64,000 bases of DNA, taken from assembly GCF_009914755.1 (NCBI RefSeq), contig NC_060926.1; one strand, 5' to 3'. The notes below the pieces were generated by a model. It did no database searches, had not been told where the DNA came from, and saw nothing but the letters and a program-made list of their open reading frames with translations. The position numbers were made by a program, and so were the translations under genes. The stretch comes from the human T2T-CHM13v2.0 reference genome, Homo sapiens. This document shows positions 1 to 14,542 of the stretch, piece by piece (position 1 is the first letter of the stretch; each line of letters opens with the position of its first letter).

Positions 1-1000
1 TTTGGGCTCAAAATGTACAGTGCAACAAGATAAATTTAGTGACTGGCAGGATGTCCACATTGGGTTCCTTCTTATAAAGTGAAAGTTGTTATGGAGAGAG
101 GGTCAAGGGGAAGCCCCTAGAATTTCTCCTGACCCTCTGCCAAGATGATAAACCAGAAACCCAAAGCAAAACTCCGTCCCTGGGGGAGTGACTAGAGTTA
201 GTGTCACCGTCACAGACTTGAAAGATATTAGGGTATTAATTTCATATCCCTACTTAATTTGCCTATTCTGCTGGTACAGATACTACATGGGTTGTGGAGA
301 ATGCCAGTAAATCATTACAATTTTTTTTCCTTTTTTTTGGTTATTTTATTTTATTTTAGATTCAAGGAGCACTCATGCAGTTTTGTCACCTGGGCATATT
401 GCATAATGGTGAGGTTTGGGCTTCTGGTGTATCCATCACCCAAACAGTGAACATTGTACCCAACAGGTGATTTTTCAACTTTTGCCCTTCTCCCACCCCA
501 CTCCACTGTGGAATTTTCATGTCTGTTATTTTCATCTTTATGTCCATATGTACCCATTGTTTAGCTCCCATTTATAAATGAGAACATGCAGTGTTTAATT
601 TTATGTAGATGGGCAGAAAGGGATCACCTTACTGGCTGGGCTGATTGATCCTAATTGCTCAGGGGGAAAACTGGATTGCTGCTACTCAGTAGAGGTAAAT
701 AGGACTATGTCTGGAGCCCAGGAGTTCCCCCGGAACATGTCTTGTTACTCCAGGGAATCTCTTGCTTCTTTCATGTCTGGTAGTTTCAGTCAATGGAAAA
801 TGGAAGCACCCAATAAAGAAGAGCACTGAGGACCTGGATTGCACAGAAATGGAGGCTTGACTCAACTGTAAGGTGAAGAACAGCATCCAGCAGAGGTGCT
901 GGCAAATGTAAGCGGAACATGGGATGGATGGTAGAAGAAGGTAGCTATGATTACCAAACTTGGCTTTGGTGAGTAACTACAGAATCAAGGAGTCTCGATG
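1..1000. mobile_element. Degenerate ERVL/MaLR-type internal sequence, interrupted by an L1 3' end
   Basis: Decayed retroviral pol/dUTPase-like text (e.g. ggattgctgctactcagtagaggtaaataggactatgtctggagcccagg). Family assigned from recall only. Confidence 0.45.
321..605 (-). mobile_element. L1 (L1PA/L1PB-type) 3' end fragment
   Basis: T-rich tail followed by antisense L1 3' UTR motifs (tccatcacccaaacagtgaacattgtacccaacagg; tttagctcccatttataaatgagaacatgcag). Confidence 0.8.
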
Positions 1001-1859
1001 TTCTATTTAACTGTTTGCTCCCTATCCCTGCCTTTTTCTCTAACCACCTTACATGAGTAACACTGGGGGTGGCTTTTAAAAGTTTCAGATAGGAGTATGA
1101 CTACATTGACCTAATGTGATGATTCAGAATTTCACCTGTGAGAGGGAACACAAATGTCTTACCCAAGAAAGAAGAATATGGTCCTGAGGGGCAAGAGGCA
1201 TGGACTATGCTGGATAACTTCCAATTACCTTTCCAAATCCACCCTCCATGCTTCTCTCCTGGCTGTCTGCCCAGGAGGCTGACCTGCATCTGTGGGCTTC
1301 CTTGCCTTCTGGCTTCTAGTTGCCCTTGGCTTCTGGGTTTGGCCAAGGGGGTGTAGTGAAAGGAACTTAGAGAATGGGAATGTCATGTCGGGTTAAAATC
1401 AGCGTACTTGTGCTAACTTGAATGGGAGTGGGGGTGAGGGAAAGAGGTTTCACAGTGACTCAATGGCCAATTAGATGCTCATGAATTCATGGCTTATTGC
1501 AAGGCTTTCATACACTAGCAATCATGCAAATATATTTTGCAGGGGGTTGGAGAGAGGTGGTTCTCATTGCTCTTTTCCCGGTAGGGCTCCTGGTGGCGAT
1601 GCCAGATGGAAAAAAGGACTCAGAGTTCTCATGAGCAGAGCTTCTACAGGCATCTCGCCATGGCCAGTTTCTTTGTGGTTTTTATGGCCCTGCACAGGAG
1701 TGTTCATAGCCATGATCTCAGCAGCCCTTGGCTTTGCTTTCTTGTCCAGTCTTGGGAGTGCCTGACCACAGCAGGTATATGTAACATTATCCCCTCAGAT
1801 GCATATGTTTATCACTTTGAGGGGTCAGCAATTTCACTGTATAGTATCATGCTGTACAG

Positions 1860-1970
1860 GTTTGTACAGGAGCAATAGGCTGTACAATATAGCCTAGGTG
1901 TGTGGTAGGCTGTGCCTACACTCTGTGATGTTTGCACTGTGAAACGTCATTAAGCCATGCATGACTGTAT
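1860..1970. mobile_element. Tigger3/MER7-like DNA transposon fragment
   Basis: aggagcaataggctgtacaatatagcctaggtgtgtggtaggctg resembles the Tigger3 consensus and ends in gcatgactgta. Confidence 0.55.
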
Positions 1971-4900
1971 TCCCTGGTTCCTTTCCCATGGGGTCACTGC
2001 AGGCTATTTTTCTTGATGAAGGTCACAGCTCCTATTAGGTGGCCTTGTTCACAAAGTTCTTTCTCTCTCTGCGTTCTAGTAACCTCCTCTTGTCCTTTCA
2101 GGCCTAGGGGCGGCCAGAGGTATACCCCACTTTTAGTAGCCTGAGTTTCTGTACTATGCCTTGGGATTTCCCTGTACTCTACCCATATCTTTATAAATAA
2201 CTCCTTCATGACATTTACCTCCAATTGCCAAATTTGAACATGTCATCTGTTTTTTTGTTAGCACCCCAATTGACACAGCATGGCTCCCAAGTTGGCCCAA
2301 ATAGACTAGAAAGTCTTTGATAGTTGTAGGGGAGATATTCCTTTTTTCTACAAGATGTGAATGACTGAGCATACAGTTCTGATTGACACAGGCAGCCCTC
2401 TAATGGCCTTGGAGAAACCTGGCCTTAAGTTATGAATTAAACTTAAGACCAGAGAGAATTTTTAAAAATACTGGTCCTTGCTCACCTTATACAACTATCA
2501 GGTCAGCAACTCTGATAATTAATAATCCTAGACTTCCAATTATGTAACCTAGTAAATATTTTTATTGTTTTAGCCACTTGAATAGGATTTTTCAGGTTTC
2601 GAAGCTGAAAATAACTTAAATTGATAGACTCTTATAAGTACACATATGGGGCCAAGCGTAAACACATTAACATTTTTAATAGCCTCTACAAAATTGCTTT
2701 CCAAAAAGTCTGCAATGATTCACACGGCCATCCATGTGGTGAGTGAATCTATTGTCTCACACTATTGCCTACTATCTTTTTAATCTGTGCCTTCCTAATG
2801 GGTGGAAACTGAATCTCAGTATTGCTTTGATTTGCATCTTGCTAATTACCAGTGTGGTTTACTATAATTACTTATATTTATTGGACATTTATATTTTCTA
2901 CTCAGTGAAATACTTTTTACGTCAATTGCTCATTTTTCTATGGAATTATTTGCACTTTTCCTGCTGCTTAGTAAGAATTATTTATAAACTTTGGATATTA
3001 ATTATTTGTTAGATGTGTTACAAATATTTTATCTTGGGTAGTCTGTCTTTTTAAATTCATTTCATGATGTGTTTTGTCCAAAATTCTAAAATTTGGGTGA
3101 TATTCAATTTATCATCTTTTTTTTTTTATATGGATTTTGCACTTTGTGTGATTTGGGGCAAAGAAGGCTAAGGGTTCTCTGTCATTTGGCTCTTTGTCTA
3201 GGAATTTCAAACTCTAGGCATTTAACCTGGACCCCTTTCTCAGGAGTTGCACTATGTGCTGTCTAATTAAGGCTTTTTATTGCTTTAGTTCTTTGTTGTT
3301 GTTGCACATAAATGACAATTTAACCAATAACTGTTTTAAATTTAGAGAAATATGCCTTTACAATAGTCCTATATGGTTTGGTTCTTTAGTCTTAACTCTT
3401 TTAATGTTTCTATTTATTACTGCCATTTTGATGTGTAGCTTTGGGGTTATTTTTGTTACTCTGTCCTTCATTTAAATAGCGTGTTGGCCTATGTGCCAAA
3501 GTCTGGGGTTTCATAGAAACCAGCTTCAGGAAGATGTAATGGATCAGCTCATAGGAAGCAAGTCTTTGATAATGGGCTTGGGCTATGTGGAGGAGCAGAG
3601 GCTTTCGGCCATGTCCATGCACATCATTCCATCTACGTTGGGTAAAGGCTTTACCACAGAGCCTATGCCAAGAGCTTCCTTGGCATTTTCCCAAGTCCAC
3701 TAGAGTACAAATGGCCCCACACTGGTCTCTGTGGTTCATGGTACACACCATGTTGCCCCACCAATTTAAGCGAGATGAATGCCAACTTCTTTCCAGTGGC
3801 AATCTTCAGGCCAGGTTGCCAGCCTGCTTGTAGATAGCCCTTGATAGGTAATAGGCCACATGGCTTTGGTCCTCTTTGGGGGCCCCAAGGAGGACCTATG
3901 ACTCCAGCAGAGAGCTCTGCATTTGGAGTCCGGAGTTATAGATTCTAAGTTTAATTTTACTACTAAGGTGATTTTTTTTATGGTTGGCAATGGTGGGGGC
4001 TGAATAACCTTTACTGCTCCATGGCTCCCTCTGCTTTGTTATGATTGTGTGCCTGGTTTCATGAAAAAGGTGTTGTAGAGATTCTAGAGATTGTAGTGGT
4101 GGTCAGTAATCAAGTTCTCTTACCCTACCTGCATTTCATTGATATTCCCTCAACTTAATAAGGTAATGAGCATGTTAAGTGAACAAACTAGTAGCAGGGC
4201 TTATTACCAAATGAATGTAGATTGACAGTGTCATAGAGCTTGGAAATTAGAATCTGGACTAAGTGTTTTCTTAAAATCATTTTCATATCTAGGGAATTTG
4301 GCCTTGTCAGTACTTATGGTAATTAAATTCAAGCCACACTTAATGATAAGCATCATTGTCATTGTTCTCCATGATAATAAATCGTTGATAATAAATAAAA
4401 CAATCAATGGTAATAAATAAAATATAGCAACGCTATGTTCTTTACTTTTTATAACCAGAATCAATATTGATGGTTTTCTCAAGTACAGCCAGGGTATCAT
4501 GTAATTATAACATCCATCCCTTCCACTTTAAGATAAACGTTCGGGGCCATTTCTTCAGTAGATGTGATCTCTGCTCTTTACTGATCAACCCCAGTGATTC
4601 AGTTCTCCCCTTTTATCATCATCACTCCTACTCCCTCCAATTTCTCTGATACTTATTCACACTAACAGTTAAACTAGGGACTTCAGGATGGATGCTGAGT
4701 GCTGGGAATTCTAGGAAGGGCTGGATTCTCTGAGTGCTTGGAATCTATTGAAGGGTCAGGACCAAGTGGAATGAGGGCGGAGGCTGAAGAGGACACATGT
4801 CACCCTCTTTTATAGTTTTTGCAACCTTCATCTGGGCGTGGGAAGTTCTAGCTGTACCCACAGGCTTTTGAACCAAAGAAAATTCAGCTGTTAGAGCTGT

Positions 4901-6251
4901 GTCCTGTGAGTCCTCTGAGCATCCTCTTCTTGACCCCTCCCCTCCACCTTCATGCTCCAAGCATTGACCAGACTGTACTCTCTTTTCAGAGGTCTGAGCA
5001 TCAATTTGGCAGAGAACGCCTCACCTCCGACTCATATCTGGGGATAAGTCCTACAAAAGCGCTCCTTTGAGACCTAGGTTCTTTTGTTCCCTTTTGTTTC
5101 CTTCCTGTAGTTGTTACTATCTGAGATACCACAGCAATCCCTTAATCTTCTTTGGCTTTCCAACACACGTGTATCTAGTTCCTTTTATTCAATTCCCTTT
5201 GTTTGCAATTCCTAGCATGGATTCTGCTTTCAGAGGGATCCCAGTTGGAAATTCAGGCTTAAGGGATTTGGGGGGTCAAATGATGGGAATTTTAGATGCT
5301 GTTTTGTGGTGAACATCCCAAGAAAGGAGTTATGTTGACTGATGTGTAATGGAGGGGATTTTTAACAGGGCAATGGAGACTCAAGTGAGGTGGCACTGGC
5401 TCAGGTTGACTTTGAACAAAAGTGCACCTGGCATTACCACACTCTTTCCTAGGGTCACAGAAACACTGGAAGCCAAAAGTGATAGAATTGGGGCCATGGC
5501 AGGAAAGGACTGTGTTCTTCCAAGGCCAGAAAGGAGATTAGGGTGAAAAGTAAGAGACGTTGAGTCAGGAGACTCTTTGCAGGGCTGGGAAGAGGGGCTC
5601 ATGGATGAGCTTATCTGGAAGGTTCTGTCTCATTCTTTGTGCTTTTCTTCCTTATAGATGGGTAAACCTGAAGCTGTTAGTGCTTCAAGTCTGTCTCCTA
5701 AAACTCACTTCACTCTAGTAGTTAACTTATACCTCAGTAAATTTTTAGGCTTGGCTACAGCAGATAGGATGGGGTGTATAAACAAGATATAAAAATAACT
5801 ATTACCACTGATCAGGAACCTAGGGCAGAGGGTGGGGGATAAGCTGGCATCTGGGGCTCAGATTTGGGAGAAATCGCTGCCCACCTCTTTACTTCCTTAG
5901 GCAGTTCTGGAGTCCACTGCATTTTGAGGGTACCTGAAACTAGGATTGCCTCAGTTAAAAGACCAGTCTGCATAGTCCCTGTGGCTCCCCATGTGGATGG
6001 AGCTGAAAGAGTGTTAGGTAGGGGAGCTCTACTGCCTGGCTTTCCATTCAGGTGTGGCCTTAGGTGGGGTAGTTGAGAAATGCCACAGGGACCTTGCCTG
6101 AGACGTGTGGCTAATTTTGCTCTTACAGGATGCCTTTAGCCTGACTGCAGAGGGCAAGGCTCCCAGTCCCAGGAGATGGAGTCCCTGACATGAGAGTGCC
6201 TGGCATTTCCAGTTCTAGCTCTAGAATGACATGACAGGAGAGCTGAACTCT

Positions 6252-6262
6252 GGGAAATTCCC
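6252..6262. promoter_or_regulatory. NF-kB consensus site in the IL36G promoter
   Basis: GGGAAATTCCC fits GGGRNWYYCC, about 290 bp upstream of non-coding exon 1. IL36G is known to be NF-kB inducible. Confidence 0.65.
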
Positions 6263-6548
6263 TTAGTTTCCCCTTTATGAGAAACCTAGGATCTGTCATC
6301 AACCTCATTTCCTTGTGGTTGATTTTGTGCGGATTGGCTCAACACTTATTTCTCAGCGAGCCCGGACAGGTGATACTTGTGCTAATTCTGTGATTTCTTC
6401 CTCCGAGCCTCACAGGATCTTCTGGTAGGAGGAGCTGGTTTTCTTTCATGTCATACGTTTCTCATGCCCCACCCAGGAAGCTGGAGCCTCCTTCTCTGCT
6501 CATCCAGATAAATGATCCAGGCTCCATTAGAACCCATCACTGACCTTG

Positions 6549-6608
6549 GAAGCTGCTGGAGCCACGATTCAGTCCCCTGGACTGTAGATAAAGACCCTTT
6601 CTTGCCAG
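6549..6608 (+). other. IL36G: IL36G non-coding exon 1 (start approximate)
   Basis: Ends ttcttgccag|GTATAG donor. TATA-like GATAAA at 6507-6512. Matches the recalled IL36G 5' UTR. Confidence 0.75.
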
Positions 6609-7168
6609 GTATAGTCAATAGCTGGAAAACCTCTTCTCCCTCCCTCTGGAGCCTTTCCTCTCATCTGTGCTTTGGGCTTAATGAAGGGAAGGGCCACATC
6701 AGGCTGGCTCTGTGCTTTGTCCTATGTGTGGCTGCTTCTTACTGGGGAGTTGCTGGGATCCTGGCAGAGTGGCCCTGGCATGGGACCCTCCCCTGCTCCT
6801 AGGCAAAAACAATGCCGATGAAGGGGTGGAGGCTTCAGAGAAGAGGAGTCAGGGCATCAGGTGCCTGTGGGTTATTTAAGGTCAAATTTTATGCCTGGCC
6901 TTCGAACTCCTAGGGGAGACACTACCATACTATCTGGATCTCCAGGTGGAGGAAAATTCTACCTGTTCTCCCTTTGCTGATGCTTCCTTCAAGTTTCGTC
7001 CCAGATGTGGCTCAGAACTTCTGCCCAGAGCTTCGTGTCAGGCCAGGTTTCCCAGCTCCCTGTCTAGAATGAGGGCCTGTGGAGCTAGTGTCCTGGAAGG
7101 TCTTGGAAACATCTCTTGTGGTTCATCTGTTCTATGTCTGCTTTCACAGGTGCTGAGACAACCACACT

Positions 7169-7223
7169 ATGAGAGGCACTCCAGGAGACGCTGATGGTGG
7201 AGGAAGGGCCGTCTATCAATCAA
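7169..7223 (+). CDS. IL36G: Interleukin-36 gamma, coding exon 1 (exon 2 begins 7150)
   Basis: Acceptor ttcacag at 7149. Encodes MRGTPGDADGGGRAVYQS plus 1 nt; donor GTGAAT at 7224. Confidence 0.96.
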
Positions 7224-7750
7224 GTGAATCAAATGCTGTTGGGATGGGGCTCTGGAGGCTTAGGCCCTCTGCACTCACGCTATCTCCTGTGGAAGCCCCA
7301 GCCTTCTCTGCTCCTCTCTGTACACTGCCCTTCCCACCTGGTGCTGCCCACCTACCACTGGGCCCTGGGCTTCTGGAGGGTGGGAGCTATTGCTTAGTCA
7401 CTGATCCAGCTCCAGTCCCCAGCACCGGGGCCAAGCACAGAGTAGGCACAAAAGAGGGTAGCTGGGCCTTGGCACACAGGTTCTGTGAGACTGCTCATTG
7501 CCCTCTGTCTTGATAGTTTGCCCTCTTAAACCAGTGACTTCCCTTGGTAGCCCTTGCCTTCCTCACCAGAGCTCACAACTTCACTAGAAAGAAAGGCTAG
7601 GCTGATGGGTGATGTGAGTGCTGTCAGTTTGGGGATGCAAACCCCACACCTTCCTTACAAAATGGCCTGGGTTAGATACTTTTCTCCTGGGTCTAGTAAA
7701 GCAGCCTTGATTATAATATTTCTTCATTTTTTTCTCTATCCCAAAATCAG

Positions 7751-7855
7751 TGTGTAAACCTATTACTGGGACTATTAATGATTTGAATCAGCAAGTGTGG
7801 ACCCTTCAGGGTCAGAACCTTGTGGCAGTTCCACGAAGTGACAGTGTGACCCCAG
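7751..7855 (+). CDS. IL36G: Interleukin-36 gamma, coding exon 2 (105 nt, phase 1-1)
   Basis: aaatcag acceptor, (M)CKPITGTINDLNQQVWTLQGQNLVAVPRSDSVTP, GTGAGT donor. Confidence 0.97.
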
Positions 7856-8365
7856 GTGAGTGGTCACCCTGTGCCTTCCCCACTGTTTGCACTGCTGTGG
7901 CTGGGAAGCTGGCATCAGCCTTTTGTAAAAGTGTGACTTTACAATGGGGCCCACCAGGAGTGGGGAGAATTTCACACCTAATTGGGAAGAGAAGTCAGGG
8001 AGAACTTTGGGTTCCACTAAGATGAAGAAGCCAGAGATGGTGGAGGAGCCTCCAAGGGAATAGGAAAGCTGCTGTCAGTCATCTGAAGCCCTGTCTTATG
8101 GAAGACTAGTAGCTTGTTCTGCATGACTTCAGGGTGTCCTAAAATGACTAAATGGGTGAATACCACAGAAAGGCAGGTTTCAGCATCACATTGGGAAAAA
8201 CTTGCAAAAGGGACCAAGCTCTCCAAGAATCAGAGGGGCTGCTTGATGTAGGAGCTCCCCATCTCCATGTGCTCAAGCAGAGGCGTGAGAATCTCAAGAG
8301 CATACTCTGTTGTCTGCTTAGCTCTCTGTGTTTGCTCATTTACTAGGGCAGTGATTGGCACATGG

Positions 8366-8392
8366 TATGAATGAATGAATGAATGAATGAAT
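8366..8392. repeat. (ATGA)n microsatellite, probably an L2 tail
   Basis: atgaatgaatgaatgaatgaatga read directly. Confidence 0.8.
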
Positions 8393-8538
8393 ATGGGGGT
8401 TGGCCATTTGGTGGGTCTAGTTGGGATTACACTCTTCAGCTCTCTTCCAGATCCACTTGAGGATACTGCCCTGCTAAATCAAATAATCTTTCTGACTTCA
8501 AAAGGAAACTGATACCATCTCTCCTCTTATCTTTACAG

Positions 8539-8678
8539 TCACTGTTGCTGTTATCACATGCAAGTATCCAGAGGCTCTTGAGCAAGGCAGAGGGGATCCC
8601 ATTTATTTGGGAATCCAGAATCCAGAAATGTGTTTGTATTGTGAGAAGGTTGGAGAACAGCCCACATTGCAGCTAAAA
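8539..8678 (+). CDS. IL36G: Interleukin-36 gamma, coding exon 3 (140 nt)
   Basis: ctttacag acceptor, VTVAVITCKYPEALEQGRGDPIYLGIQNPEMCLYCEKVGEQPTLQLK, GTGAGT donor. Missed by the ORF track. Confidence 0.97.
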
Positions 8679-8870
8679 GTGAGTAGCTAAGAAAAATATT
8701 TAAAAAGCCTTTCCTTTTAGAAGTGTTTGGTTGAATACCTAATTTTAGAATTAAAAAAGAAATAGTCTCATCTTCCTAAGCATATTTATTCCCAGCCTCT
8801 TTTAAGTTATGTGCATGCAATACACTTTTCTTTTTATTCTGGCTGTCAGTAGTTAAGGTCCTTGTTTTGC

Positions 8871-10068
<1,198 letters not shown>

Positions 10069-10439
10069 TGTCTTTCTTAACCTTTGATATATTCTTGGCC
10101 ATCATTTCTTCAAGTATATTCTCACCCTTATTTTCCTTTTGGAATTCCTATTCATCCATCGTTGGAAGTTATGAATCTCACTTCAATATCTCACGATATC
10201 TCATCTAATTTTTTATACTTTCTATCCCTTCATTGCTTTTTAAAATTTTGGTGTTGCATCTGGAAGAATTTCTTGCTTTGCTCTGCCAGCTCATGGTTAC
10301 ATTTTCAGTGTTGTCCCTTCTGGAAATCATCCTTTTATAGCATTTCCTGAAATTTCAATCTTTACTCTTTTAATTCCCAAGCTCTCTGGTTTGTTCTTTT
10401 TTTATTTTTTAATGACTGTTTGTCCTCGTTCCACAAACT

Positions 10440-12650
10440 TCAGTTTAATTCAGTTTGATTCAACTCAATCCAATTCAATTAAGCACATGTATGGGTACTT
10501 CCTGGCCTCTAGCACTGCGTAGATGCTTGAGATATAGCTGTGCACAGAATGGCAAAGAACCCTGACCATGTGGGGCTTGGATTCTAGTGAAAGGAGAGAA
10601 ATGGCAAACAATAAATGTAATAGTAGGCAAATTTGTGCTATGTTAGAGGTCTTTACCTCTCCTAGAAAAATAAAAATGGTTACAGCAGGATAGATAGACC
10701 AGCAGTACCAGGAACACAGGCGGCGTCAGGCTGCAGTGGTGAATAGTGCAATAGGCATCATTGCCTAGGTGAGATGTTAGCAGGGAGTAGAAAGAGCTAG
10801 GGAAGTTAGTTAGCAGGTGTCTAGTGAGGGCACGTCCCAGGACCAGTGAGGACCGGTGTGCAGGAGTGAATTGAGGAATGAGTCCAGAGAGATAAAGGCA
10901 GACATGAAAGTCTTGTCCTTTGCAAGGACTCAGCCTTGCAATCTGAGTGAAATGGGAAATATTAGAATGTTTTGAACAGAGGAATGGCGTGAAGGGGCTT
11001 AGGTCTAAAAAGGATCTCTCTGGAGATCTTAGACTGTGGCGGGCAAAGGTGAAAGTCCTTCAGGAGACTTTGAGGTGGTCTAGGTGTGATTTGATGGGCC
11101 AGGAGATAGCAGCAGAGGTGGGGAGCAGTGAGTCAGATTCTGGTAGTATTTTAAGTGGAGGAAACAGGATTGTGAGTGTGATCAATAAAGTCAGGACTGA
11201 GAATGACATTTGCTACTTTGTCCTGTCAGCTAAGTCACCCTTATGTTGTGCGTTTGTTCTCAGATGGGGACTAAGAATTGACTGTTGCGTTTGGCAATGT
11301 GTGGGTCTTTGGGGACCTTGGCAGGAGCAGTGTTGGTGCTGTAGTGGGGGCAAAAGCCTGGATGGAGTAAGTTTAAAGGGAGGAATTACAAGAAAGGGAT
11401 CAGAGACAGCAGATATGGACAGCGATTGCAGGAAGTTTTCTGCAAAGTGGAACTGGTGGCGGTGGTGGGTAAGCAAAGTAGTTATTTTGTTTAAGATGGT
11501 AGAAATGACAGCAAATATGCTGATGGGAATGACTAAGAAGAGCAAGCAAAATTGATGGAGCACAAGAGAGCAGGGAGAACGGCTAGAGGGATGTCCTTAA
11601 GTTGCAAGTGCAGATAGGACCTTTCACCCAGTCCTCCTCAAGCAGGGAGGTGCAGATATGGGTGCCATGTGCTGGGAGCCCATGTTATGGTGTGGTTTGT
11701 ACAAGTTGTCTTCTAATTACTTCAATTTTCTCAGTGGGTAGGAAGTTGAAGGTGATGATGGAGGAGGTATGGGAGTTTCAAAGGAGGAAGCATTCTTCCA
11801 TTTATTAAACAGCAAATCTCTGTTGAGTAGAATGCTGGGGGCTTTCCTCTGTGTTGAGGAATACAGTGATGAACAAGTCTAACAATCATTCTGGGATTGA
11901 TGAATAAATACGCTAAGTTTAGATAGCAGTTGGTACTAATGAAGAAAATAACTCAGGAATATGATCGCAATGAGTAGGAGGGAGGATTCCAAACCGATTT
12001 TGGCTGGGATGGAATGTTCAGTAAAGTTCTCCCCAAGGAGGAGACCCAGGTGATGGGGAGCAGCTGGCCTTGGGAAGATGTGGGGCTGGTGTGAGGTGCA
12101 GGGAGAGTAAGTGCCAGGACCTTGGGTGGGAACAGCTTGGTGTCTTGGAAGGCAAAGAAGAAGACAGGTTGGTGGGGGCAGAATGAGCATGCAGGAGAGT
12201 GGTAAGAAGGCAGGGCAGCAGGTAGGCAGGAGCTGGGTGGCGTAGACCCTGTGGGCTTTGCCGAGGAGTTTCACTGTAATAACAATAGAAAATCATGCAA
12301 AAGGGTATCATAATCTTATTTATTTACTTCAGTTTAAAGTTCACTTACCTGCCTTATGGAGAATGATTATTAGAGAATAGAGTAGGTTCAAGGAGAACAT
12401 TTAGAAGGTCACCCTAATTGTCCAGGTGAGAGAGTGATGGCCTGGATTGGGGTTGATGCCATGTGTGGAGTGCAAGAAGTGACTCGATTCAGGAAATATT
12501 TTGGTATTTTGGAAATAGAGTCCACAGGCCTTGCTCCTGGGTTAGATGTTAGGGGATCAAAAAAAGAAATGTCAATAATGACTCCTAGGTTTCTGGCCAC
12601 CCAAAGAATCAGATTAACTGGAAGCCATTAATTGAGTAAAGGAATCCTGT
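10440..12650 (-). mobile_element. L2 LINE fragments
   Basis: ttcaat-type tail at 10440-10480 and purine-rich antisense L2 motifs (ttttgaacagaggaatggcgtga; aatgactcctaggtttctgg). Confidence 0.6.
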
Positions 12651-13369
12651 GGGAGAAGAACTTCTCACTCAGGGTGGAATGTGGCTGAATTACAGATCAT
12701 TTCTGTGTCTCTCTTGAGATCTTGAACACTTGCAATTTACTTAGAAATACTTATTTTACCTAAATATACAATGCATGTACATACAAATATATAGACATAC
12801 AGAATATAGTTCCATATACAATATAGAAGGCATTTTTTGATTGCTCTATTTACCTTCTTCCTTTGATACAAATCCTTTGATTTGTTAGACCCTCTTGGGT
12901 CTTTTTCATTGGTATTTATCTTTCTCATATATGTGGCAATTAGTCAGAAATTCATACCCTAACCTGGCTGTCCTTTGTCACGCCGGTGGTTCTTGCAGGG
13001 TAGTGACTCTCACTGTTGTGGTATTGGTAAGGGAGGTAATTTCCAATTTCTTCCTCTTCCTAAGGGTCACCTCAGCCTCTTGTGTGAGAAGAGTTCTAAC
13101 TTGTTGTTCAAGTGTGGCTGCTTGTTCATTAAACTCTCCCTTGTAAACTTCCTACACCATCTCTGGATTTGAGGGTGGGGGCTTGGAAGGTAAAATTTCA
13201 TGTATGTTTACTCTGCTGCTCCTTCAAAATGTGTGTTTCTCTAGGCCTGCTCTAATAGATGGATAAGGTTTTCTGGAACTTTGGAACATTTATTGAATTA
13301 TTATGAATAACCTTGAATATCTCAAACAGCTTCTGTTTCTCCTAATGGGTACTTGTTCTGACATTTCAG

Positions 13370-13579
13370 GAGCAGAAGATCATGGATCTGTATGGCCAAC
13401 CCGAGCCCGTGAAACCCTTCCTTTTCTACCGTGCCAAGACTGGTAGGACCTCCACCCTTGAGTCTGTGGCCTTCCCGGACTGGTTCATTGCCTCCTCCAA
13501 GAGAGACCAGCCCATCATTCTGACTTCAGAACTTGGGAAGTCATACAACACTGCCTTTGAATTAAATATAAATGACTGA
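13370..13579 (+). CDS. IL36G: Interleukin-36 gamma, last coding exon
   Basis: atttcag acceptor, [20 protein letters not shown]...FELNIND*, with the IL-1 family motif [11 protein letters not shown]. 55+105+140+210=510 nt = 169 aa + stop. Confidence 0.97.
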   Translation, partial: EQKIMDLYGQPEPVKPFLFYRAKTGRTSTLESVAFPDWFIASSKRDQPIILTSELGKSYNTAFELNIND

Positions 13580-14135
13580 ACTCAGCCTAGAGGTGGCAGC
13601 TTGGTCTTTGTCTTAAAGTTTCTGGTTCCCAATGTGTTTTCGTCTACATTTTCTTAGTGTCATTTTCACGCTGGTGCTGAGACAGGAGCAAGGCTGCTGT
13701 TATCATCTCATTTTATAATGAAGAAGAAGCAATTACTTCATAGCAACTGAAGAACAGGATGTGGCCTCAGAAGCAGGAGAGCTGGGTGGTATAAGGCTGT
13801 CCTCTCAAGCTGGTGCTGTGTAGGCCACAAGGCATCTGCATGAGTGACTTTAAGACTCAAAGACCAAACACTGAGCTTTCTTCTAGGGGTGGGTATGAAG
13901 ATGCTTCAGAGCTCATGCGCGTTACCCACGATGGCATGACTAGCACAGAGCTGATCTCTGTTTCTGTTTTGCTTTATTCCCTCTTGGGATGATATCATCC
14001 AGTCTTTATATGTTGCCAATATACCTCATTGTGTGTAATAGAACCTTCTTAGCATTAAGACCTTGTAAACAAAAATAATTCTTGTGTTAAGTTAAATCAT
14101 TTTTGTCCTAATTGTAATGTGTAATCTTAAAGTTA

Positions 14136-14188
14136 AATAAACTTTGTGTATTTATATAATAATAAAGCTAAAACTGATATAAAATAAA
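14136..14188 (+). terminator. IL36G: IL36G polyadenylation signal cluster
   Basis: Three AATAAA hexamers (about 14136, 14161, 14183) roughly 560-610 nt after the stop. Confidence 0.75.
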
Positions 14189-14542
14189 GAAAGAGTAAAC
14201 TGAAATTAGCAAGAGTAGTTGAATAAAGCCATTGCAGTGGGTAAACCTGGGACTGGGGCTTAGCTGGGGACAAAAGGGCCTTCCTTGGTGGATAGTGATG
14301 GGGTGGGGGTGAGAAATTCAGTATGTAACAGGGCTCTGCTGTTTGGCTCCTTTCTTTATGGTCGAATAGCCTTGGTTTTTCCCTGCTTCCTCTAGTCTTT
14401 TCCTTTTAGACCATCTCACCATTCACATACTTTTTTCAAAAACTTCAGTAAAGATGTCTTTTTTTTCTTCTTGGAAGAGAAAGCCTTGCTTTCCCAACAG
14501 CCACCTTTAGAAGATATATTCTGACGAAATTAAATAACTGAC

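Noticed and set aside
7169-7513. 114-aa single-exon ORF from the IL36G ATG
   Set aside because: Read-through into intron 2. Only the first 18 codons are IL36G, and there is no evidence for a retained-intron product.
10947-11555. Longest ORF in the track (202 aa)
   Set aside because: Non-ATG start, lies in decayed L2 sequence inside IL36G intron 4, and has no recognisable domain.
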